A stretch of 38,853 nucleotides of DNA, taken from positions 1 to 38,853 of the forward strand of contig JAZDMV010000014.1 in the NCBI GenBank assembly GCA_043800535.1, in the 5' to 3' direction. The notes beneath the pieces are model-generated. The model had not been told where the DNA came from, did not search any database, and saw only the letters and a program-made list of their open reading frames with translations. A program made the translations under genes and the position numbers. How positions within the stretch are numbered: the first letter of the stretch is position 1; every line of letters starts with the position of its first letter. Source of the DNA: a bacterium. Its GTDB lineage: Bacteria; Patescibacteriota; Minisyncoccia; Portnoybacterales; GWB1-42-6. Shown here one piece after another: positions 33,769 through 38,853 of the stretch.

Positions 33769-33804
33769 CCGCGGATTCAAAATAGCTGAATCCGCGGTTT
33801 TTTT
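33769..33804. terminator. Bidirectional terminator (island ORF C / mfd)
   Basis: ccgcggattca (33769-33779) pairs with tgaatccgcgg (33787-33797), followed by ttttttt. Confidence 0.75.
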
Positions 33805-35863
33805 ATTTCTTCAATTCTTCCACCGCTTCGTTGAGCATCTGGACATAAAGATTCAGTCCAACCGCGTTGATGGAACCGCTTTGTTCTCGGCCCAAAATAT
33901 TGCCCGCGCCGCGGATTTCAAGGTCGCGCAAAGCGATTTGGTAGCCCGAGCCAAGCGCTTCGGCTTCTTTTAGCGCGTCAAGGCGCTGTTGCGCAATGTC
34001 AGTTAAGTTTTTTGCGTTATATAAAAAGTACGCGTAGGCCTGTTTGTCTGAGCGGCCGATGCGCCCGCGCAATTGGTAACTTTGTGCCAATCCTAAGCGC
34101 GTGGCGTTGGCGACTATTAATGTATTGACATTTGGAAAGTCCAGGCCGTTTTCAATGATGGTTGTGGCAATTAAAATATCAATTTGGCCGGCACCAAATT
34201 CATCCATAACTTTAATAAGCTGTTTTTCATGCAGGCGGCCATGCGCAATGCCGATTTTTGACTGCGGCGCTAATTTTTGAATTTGGCGCCGGGCCAGCTC
34301 GATCGTCTCGACACGATTGTGCAGATAGTAAACTTGCCCGCCGCGCTCTAATTCTTTTTCTATCGCTTCTTTGACTATTTTTTGCGAATATGGCTCAACG
34401 ATTGTTTTGACGCTTAGGCGTCCCGGCGGCGCGGTCTGAATTAATGAAATGTCGCGCAGGCCGGCGAGGGACAGATGCATGGTGCGAGGGATTGGCGTGG
34501 CGCTCATGCTTAAAACATCTACCCCGTAAAACTCACTTCGCTCGTCACGGGGCAGGCTCCCGTAAAACGCTTCGCCTGCTGGCGAATCGCCACGTGGCAA
34601 ACTTTTGCCGCGTCGCAGCCCTTTTAATATTTCTTTCTGCCTGACGCCATATCGTTGCTCTTCGTCAATAATAACCAGTCCCAGATTTTTAAATTCAACA
34701 TCTTTTTGGATCAGGCGGTGCGTGCCGATGGTAATGTCAATTTTGCCCTCTCTCATTTTTTTAATCGTTTCGCGCTGAAGTTTTTTTGATTCAAGCCGTG
34801 AGAGCAGGGCGATATTAACGGGAAATTTTTTGAGGCGTTTGGCAAAAGTCAGATAATGCTGGTGCGCCAAGATCGTAGTCGGTGCCAGCATCGCCACTTG
34901 TTTGCCGGCAGACACGGCCTTGAAAGCCGCGCGCAAAGCAACTTCTGTTTTGCCAAAGCCGACATCCCCACAGATCAACCGATCCATCGGCTTCTCCGAT
35001 TCCATATCTTTTTTTACGTCCTCGATCGCCCGCAGCTGGTCGTCGGTTTCTATGTATTCAAACGAATCTTCAAGTTCTCTTTGCAAAGCATCGTCAGGCG
35101 GGAATTGAAAGCCGCGGACAGCGGCGCGCCGCGCGTAAAGTTCAAATAGTTGCCTGGCTAGTTCAATCGCGCCCTCTTTGACTTTGCGTTTTGTTTTATA
35201 CCATAATGTGCCGCCGAGCCGATGGACGATAGGAGTCTCAAAGCCAATGTAGCGGGATAATTTATTTTCCAGTTCAAGCGGGACGTAAAGCGTGTCGTTT
35301 TTGGCGTAGGAAACAACAAAATATTTTTCCGTTGTGTCGGGCGTCGGCGTCTGGCCAGTCGCTTGGCCTCCGAGTTCTTTGGCATAACCTTTAAAAAATC
35401 CGATACCGTGATCAAGATGGACGAGGTATTCGCCGGGTTTTAAAGTGCTCAATAAATTCTTCGGCGCTTTTTTGACAAGCGATCTTTTTATTTCCTCGTC
35501 TTTTTTCAGGATCTTGACTTCAAGATGATAGATTTCGGCCAGGCGATTTCCAATAAACTCTGATCTATATGCTGTTTCGTTATTAACGGGGAATATATCC
35601 AGAATTCCGCCGCGTTGGGAAAATTCGCCTTTGGCGCCGAGTGTCTGGACACGTTCATATCCCATTTCGGTTAATCGGCGCAGAAGCTCAAACAAGTTTA
35701 TTCTCTCGTCTTTTTCAAGAAAAAGCGCGTTTTCTTTCCACCAGACCTGGGTTTTAGCCAGATTTTCAATTTTTGAAAAATTTTGCGAAAACCAAAAAAC
35801 ATCCCGCTCAAGAAAATAGGGGGTTATGCTGGCGATTAAAATTTTATTTCTGGCTTTATTCAT
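33803..35863 (-). CDS. mfd: Transcription-repair coupling factor, short form (686 aa) with an in-frame insertion
   Basis: RNAP-interacting block YLVHLDHGIG, helicase motifs GDVGFGKTEVA, DEEQRYG, SATPIPRT and GRIGRS. Most of the N-terminal UvrB-homology module seen in ~1150-aa Mfd is missing. Confidence 0.88.
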   Translation of the reverse strand: MNKARNKILIASITPYFLERDVFWFSQNFSKIENLAKTQVWWKENALFLEKDERINLFELLRRLTEMGYERVQTLGAKGEFSQRGGILDIFPVNNETAYRSEFIGNRLAEIYHLEVKILKKDEEIKRSLVKKAPKNLLSTLKPGEYLVHLDHGIGFFKGYAKELGGQATGQTPTPDTTEKYFVVSYAKNDTLYVPLELENKLSRYIGFETPIVHRLGGTLWYKTKRKVKEGAIELARQLFELYARRAAVRGFQFPPDDALQRELEDSFEYIETDDQLRAIEDVKKDMESEKPMDRLICGDVGFGKTEVALRAAFKAVSAGKQVAMLAPTTILAHQHYLTFAKRLKKFPVNIALLSRLESKKLQRETIKKMREGKIDITIGTHRLIQKDVEFKNLGLVIIDEEQRYGVRQKEILKGLRRGKSLPRGDSPAGEAFYGSLPRDERSEFYGVDVLSMSATPIPRTMHLSLAGLRDISLIQTAPPGRLSVKTIVEPYSQKIVKEAIEKELERGGQVYYLHNRVETIELARRQIQKLAPQSKIGIAHGRLHEKQLIKVMDEFGAGQIDILIATTIIENGLDFPNVNTLIVANATRLGLAQSYQLRGRIGRSDKQAYAYFLYNAKNLTDIAQQRLDALKEAEALGSGYQIALRDLEIRGAGNILGREQSGSINAVGLNLYVQMLNEAVEELKK
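34521..34612. repeat. In-frame repeat insertion between helicase motifs II and III of mfd
   Basis: Imperfect tandem cccgtaaaac(tca)cttcgc units (34522-34590), with hairpins ccccgt..acgggg and ggcaaa-ct-tttgcc. It encodes RGKSLPRGDSPAGEAFYGSLPRDERSEFYG. Confidence 0.7.
35796..35835. repeat. 40-bp direct repeat, copy 1 (inside the mfd 5' end)
   Basis: aaaacatcccgctcaagaaaatagggggttatgctggcga is identical to 35984-36023. Confidence 0.95.
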
Positions 35864-35937
35864 TATCTTATAGAATGCCAGGGATGTTTTTTCAGAAAGG
35901 GGTCGGGGAAACTGGGTGTTTCCCCGCGGTGGAAATA

Positions 35938-36051
35938 TTAAAACCGCAAGGTGTTAAGGAGAGAGCCGTATTCGGCGAACGACAAAACATCCCGCTCAAG
36001 AAAATAGGGGGTTATGCTGGCGACCAGAATTTTTTCATTTGTCCTTGACAT
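35938..36051 (-). pseudogene. Remnant duplicate of the mfd 5' end (37-codon ORF)
   Basis: It encodes MSRTNEKILVASITPYFLERDVLSF..., compared with MNKARNKILIASITPYFLERDVFWF in mfd. It contains 40-bp repeat copy 2 (35984-36023). Confidence 0.55.
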
Positions 36052-36074
36052 TCCTGTAGCTATTTGGGTATGAT
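36045..36074 (+). promoter_or_regulatory. Strong sigma70-like promoter driving the structured leader
   Basis: TTGACA (36045-36050), 18-nt spacer, TATGAT (36069-36074). Confidence 0.55.
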
Positions 36075-36084
36075 AGCGTATTCT

Positions 36085-36417
36085 AGTAAAAATAGCAAAG
36101 CGACTAGCAACTAGCCACTAGCGACTAGTAAGAGCTCATGCCAGTCGCTAATCTCTAGTCGCCAGTTGCTATCTATTCTGCCCAGCATCCTATCTGTGAG
36201 TGGCAAAAACCAAAACTATCCCTCCTATTGTTTTGGCAAGTAGCCGAAGTTTAGGGGTATCCTCCTTTTGGAGGCCAATCCCTGACGCTTGCAGGTAGGA
36301 TATTGGGCAGCATTTGTTTATCCTCACACCAGAAGATTATGGGCGTAAGCCAGTGGTGGATGATCTACGTGGTGTGAGGATTTAGCAGTCCTTTAAAAAT
36401 AAGCCGGAGAGGAGGAT
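36085..36417 (+). ncRNA. ~330-nt highly structured leader / candidate cis-regulatory RNA (class unknown)
   Basis: It has a 5' palindromic actagc-rich hairpin (36098-36175). A long-range helix pairs ctgcccagcatcctatctg (36178-36196) with caggtaggatattgggcag (36292-36310). A hairpin pairs atcctcacacc (36320-36330) with ggtgtgaggat (36371-36381). The anti-SD atcctcc (36259-36265) is complementary to the SD ggaggat (36411-36417). Confidence 0.45.
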
Positions 36418-36420
36418 CCT

Positions 36421-36612
36421 ATGGATAGAGATCTGATTATTATAATTAGTTTACTTGTTGTTGCGGTTGTCAGTTATGCTTTTCGGAATCCCGCACGGCC
36501 GGACAGGTATTGGAGGATTTTTTATAAGACGTGCATGTGGGCTGTTATAGCGTATTGTCTGTTATCTGCTTTATGGGACCTGGCAGCGCTTTTTTTCCCG
36601 ATCACTGAATGA
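36421..36612 (+). CDS. Small 2-TM membrane peptide (63 aa)
   Basis: SD gaggagga lies 4 nt upstream. There are two hydrophobic helices (LIIIISLLVVAVVSYAF and CMWAVIAYCLLSALWDLAALFF). Confidence 0.6.
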   Translation: MDRDLIIIISLLVVAVVSYAFRNPARPDRYWRIFYKTCMWAVIAYCLLSALWDLAALFFPITE

Positions 36613-36626
36613 AAGGAGGGAGAGAA

Positions 36627-36779
36627 ATGAAAATTATAACAGGGATAATTCTGGTGTTTGCATTCGTCTGGTTTGCTTCTCGAATAGGAGGTATGGATAA
36701 AAGCTTAAACAGTGTCGTGACATCGTTCGTGGCAGTAGTGATGTTGCTACTTCTATATTTACGGACAATTAAAGTTTAA
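36627..36779 (+). CDS. Small 2-TM membrane peptide (50 aa, below the ORF-track cutoff)
   Basis: SD aaggaggg lies 6 nt upstream of the ATG at 36627. The product is MKIITGIILVFAFVWFASRIGGMDKSLNSVVTSFVAVVMLLLLYLRTIKV. Confidence 0.55.
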   Translation: MKIITGIILVFAFVWFASRIGGMDKSLNSVVTSFVAVVMLLLLYLRTIKV

Positions 36780-36812
36780 ACTAAGGAATTCGGCTTTTTA
36801 AGGCAATTTTAA

Positions 36813-36845
36813 AAGAGGTTTCCTCGCGGAACCTCTTTTTTCTTT
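36813..36845 (+). terminator. Intrinsic terminator after the small-peptide pair
   Basis: aagaggtt(t)cc-tcgc-ggaacctctt, followed by ttttc. Confidence 0.7.
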
Positions 36846-36850
36846 GGCAG

Positions 36851-36920
36851 AAAATCTCCCCTTGCCCCTCCTAAAGGAGGGGAATTTTTTGCTCCCTCCC
36901 TTTAGGGAGGGCTGGGGAGG
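36851..36920. repeat. Double hairpin repeat of the cccctcc family
   Basis: cccctcc-taaa-ggagggg and ccctccc-ttta-gggaggg. It has the same style as 509-590 and 2041-2075. Confidence 0.75.
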
Positions 36921-36922
36921 AT

Positions 36923-37516
36923 TTAGTTGAACTGACTCATTGCCTGCTCAATGCCTTCTTTGAGCGCTAGCTCAATCGTCTGGGAAGTTTTTTGGGTTAT
37001 TTCTTCAGCAGTTTTTTGTTCCTGTTTGTCAAAATTTTTCAGAACAAATTTCTCAATGGAAAGCATTTTTTTGAAAAGCACGCTGAAAAATGTTTTGCCG
37101 ACAGGATGAATGCCTAATCGTATCCGGACAAAATCTTTTGTGCCAAGCGCCTCAATGATAGATCTGACTCCCTTGTGGCCGGCGCAGGAGGCGCCTCGGC
37201 TGAGGCGTATAATTCCCAGCGGCAGATCATAGTCGTCATGAACCACCCAGATGTCTTGGGTGCTTATTTTATAAAAATTGGCTAAATTGGCGGCCGCAGT
37301 GCCTGACAGGTTCATAAATGTCTGGGGCTTGGCAAGGATGAGGTGTTCGTCGCCCGTCTGACCTTTTGACATCAGCGCGTTGGCGCTTTTATCCATCGAC
37401 CATGGTTCAAGCCCGGGAAAATTTTTGTGAAAGCAGTCAATGGCTAAAAACCCGAAATTATGGCGGGTGCGTTCGTATTTAGTTCCCGGATTGCCGAGGC
37501 CGATGATTAATTTCAT
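36923..37516 (-). CDS. pth: Peptidyl-tRNA hydrolase
   Basis: MKLIIGLGNPG.KYE.TRHN.GF and VVHDD.DLP.G..RL motifs. Confidence 0.92.
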   Translation of the reverse strand: MKLIIGLGNPGTKYERTRHNFGFLAIDCFHKNFPGLEPWSMDKSANALMSKGQTGDEHLILAKPQTFMNLSGTAAANLANFYKISTQDIWVVHDDYDLPLGIIRLSRGASCAGHKGVRSIIEALGTKDFVRIRLGIHPVGKTFFSVLFKKMLSIEKFVLKNFDKQEQKTAEEITQKTSQTIELALKEGIEQAMSQFN

Positions 37517-37527
37517 AAATTTTCATT

Positions 37528-37712
37528 TTACTTTTCTGGCAGCAGAAAAGTAACAAAAGACTGCTTGCAGCGACAAAATTTTGAGAAAATCGGATTCGCT
37601 TGGCTAAAAATTGGCTCGTAAACTTCTCCCCCGCAAAGTGCGGGGTCGTCGCTCGCCAATTTTCTACACGCCTCGCTCGTCTCGATTTTCTGATAAAATT
37701 TTTCGATGCAAG
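37528..37712 (+). repeat. ~185-bp nested-palindrome element, copy D
   Basis: Closest to copy A. It has the hairpin tacttttctg-gcag-cagaaaagta, central hairpin ccccgc-aaagt-gcgggg (37629-37645), and 3' end gataaaatttttcgatgcaag. Confidence 0.85.
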
Positions 37713-37736
37713 AGCAAAGAAACGGATTTATTTGCT

Positions 37737-38837
37737 CTATTTAAGAAACTTTTGAATCTCACTATAATTCTCCAGTCCCGCTTTTGGTTCAAGGACATAT
37801 CCTTCGCCGTCAGAAAACATCATATGCTTTGAAACCAGAAGTTGGCTTTCATTGCCGTCAATGATTGTTTTTGAAATATTGTCCGGGGATATTTTTTTGG
37901 CTAACTGCCAGAATTGGGGAAGTTGGGCAAAAGGGATGTTCGTCTTTACGTTTTTCCAAAGTTTTTCAGCTACGCGAATTAGAGGCGGCAGGTCAAAGAC
38001 GGGATTCAAGCCCATTAGTTTTTGTTTGAGTGCTTCTATGACCTGTTGCTGGCGCGCGATCCTGTCAAAGTCGCCGCTTAAAGAATGGCGCGAGCGGATA
38101 TATTTTAAAGCAGTTTCGCCGTCAAGATATCGCCAGCCGGCTTTTAGTTCAAATGTTTGATAGGAATGATTCGGGCCGGGGAATTCTTTGTCAACGATAT
38201 CTTTTTGGACCATTACATTAATTCCGCCCAGCTCATCAATGATCTGCTTGACAACAGAAAGGTCAACTAAAAAATAATAATCAATTTTTTGGCTTGTTAT
38301 TTCTTCAACTTTCTGCACGATAAGGGAAAGTCCGTATTCTTCGCTTTGACTGTTTTTGCCGAACGAATAAAGCGAGTTTATTTTTGAATACTGCTGGCTA
38401 TCCGGTATTTTAACAAAAAGGTCGCGGGGGACGGAAACGAGGTTGGCCTTCATGGAGCCGCCGTTCAAATGAGCCAGTATAATTGTATCGGTGAGGTCAG
38501 GCGCATCGTTGCCCGCGCCGGGCGTTCCCAGAATCAGTATGTTTTTTGGTTCGCTGAAGGAAGAGGGCAACAGGATGTCTGCGGCGCTGGCGGCGGCTGC
38601 TTTTAGGTTCGCGCCGGTTTTTTTGATGATGATTTTTCCCTGGGAAACCGGGGAGCGACCACTGGCAGCAAGGAAGATAGAAAAAATGAAAAAGAGAAGG
38701 CAGAACGTAATCAGCGGCCAAAGCCATTTTTTCATTGCTCCGGCGCGTTGACGAGCAATCTCTTCTTGCAGCAATTTGTTCAGTTGGCGGAAGCGGTCGT
38801 CCATTGCTATTATTATAGCAGGCGCAGGAAGATGCAT
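37737..38837 (-). CDS. LytR-CpsA-Psr (LCP) family protein
   Basis: It has an N-terminal TM anchor, then ILILGT.....APDLTDTIILAHLN, VSVPRDL, KIN..Y and RSRH...GDFDR..RQQ blocks. The start could instead be the internal MDDRF. Confidence 0.85.
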   Translation of the reverse strand: MHLPAPAIIIAMDDRFRQLNKLLQEEIARQRAGAMKKWLWPLITFCLLFFIFSIFLAASGRSPVSQGKIIIKKTGANLKAAAASAADILLPSSFSEPKNILILGTPGAGNDAPDLTDTIILAHLNGGSMKANLVSVPRDLFVKIPDSQQYSKINSLYSFGKNSQSEEYGLSLIVQKVEEITSQKIDYYFLVDLSVVKQIIDELGGINVMVQKDIVDKEFPGPNHSYQTFELKAGWRYLDGETALKYIRSRHSLSGDFDRIARQQQVIEALKQKLMGLNPVFDLPPLIRVAEKLWKNVKTNIPFAQLPQFWQLAKKISPDNISKTIIDGNESQLLVSKHMMFSDGEGYVLEPKAGLENYSEIQKFLK

Positions 38838-38853
38838 AAAGGGAGGGGGCAGG

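Noticed and set aside
36125-36150. RNase P RNA (a guaagagcuca string resembles the conserved GGUAAGAGCGCACC region)
   Set aside because: No GAGGAAAGUCCGGGC-type CR-I block or other universally conserved RNase P regions lie nearby. The similarity is a single short string inside a palindromic repeat.
8058-37712. Whether the four similar ~185-bp units could be a CRISPR array or a tandem satellite
   Set aside because: The units are separated by 7-13 kb of ordinary genes and are themselves internally palindromic. They are far longer than CRISPR repeats, and no cas genes are present. I treat them as a dispersed repeat family.
1-38853. Prophage, integrative element, transposase, restriction-modification or known defence genes
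   Set aside because: No integrase, transposase, capsid or terminase, methyltransferase-nuclease pair, or recognisable defence domain was seen in any frame. The only nuclease-type accessory gene is the small GIY-YIG ORF.

Overview
This 38.9-kb window is a compact, housekeeping-dense bacterial chromosome segment. The style suggests a Candidate Phyla Radiation / Patescibacteria-type genome, which is inference only. The cues are short GIY-YIG and four-helix-bundle ORFs, a short-form Mfd, aminoacyl-tRNA synthetases with insertions, and abundant palindromic filler repeats.

I support about 38 CDS and one tRNA-Leu(CAA):
- Translation and RNA modification: proS, glyQS, metG, leuS, tgt, rsmI, tsaC-like, def, pth.
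- DNA replication, repair and partitioning: recO, parA/parB, topA, dprA, mfd.
- Other recognised families: NIF3-like, M16 peptidase, AI-2E transporter, Fe/Mn SOD, tatD, CcdA/DsbD-like, alpha/beta hydrolase, PAP2, a long RelA/SpoT homolog, LCP.
- No rRNA, CRISPR array, integrase or transposase was seen.

Non-routine content:
1. An orphan three-gene plus-strand island (31.7-33.8 kb) lies between dprA and mfd. It has its own terminators, and a 16-nt motif is shared by two promoters.
2. A single-gene cassette (181-aa orphan) is flanked by a perfect 46-bp direct repeat that duplicates the 3' end of the RelA/SpoT gene.
3. A GIY-YIG ORF is sandwiched between an intact tRNA-Leu(CAA) and a displaced, insertion-bearing copy of that tRNA's 5' half, behind the tRNA promoter.
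4. LeuS carries a ~220-aa insertion with Ham1/RdgB-like motifs just before the CP1 editing domain.
5. A strong promoter drives a ~330-nt highly structured leader followed by two tiny 2-TM peptides.
6. Several repeat families, including a ~185-bp nested palindrome present four times, occur in intergenic DNA and also in frame inside conserved genes (recO, tgt, rsmI, metG, M16 peptidase, mfd).

All functional calls rest on motif recognition from memory. No database search was run.
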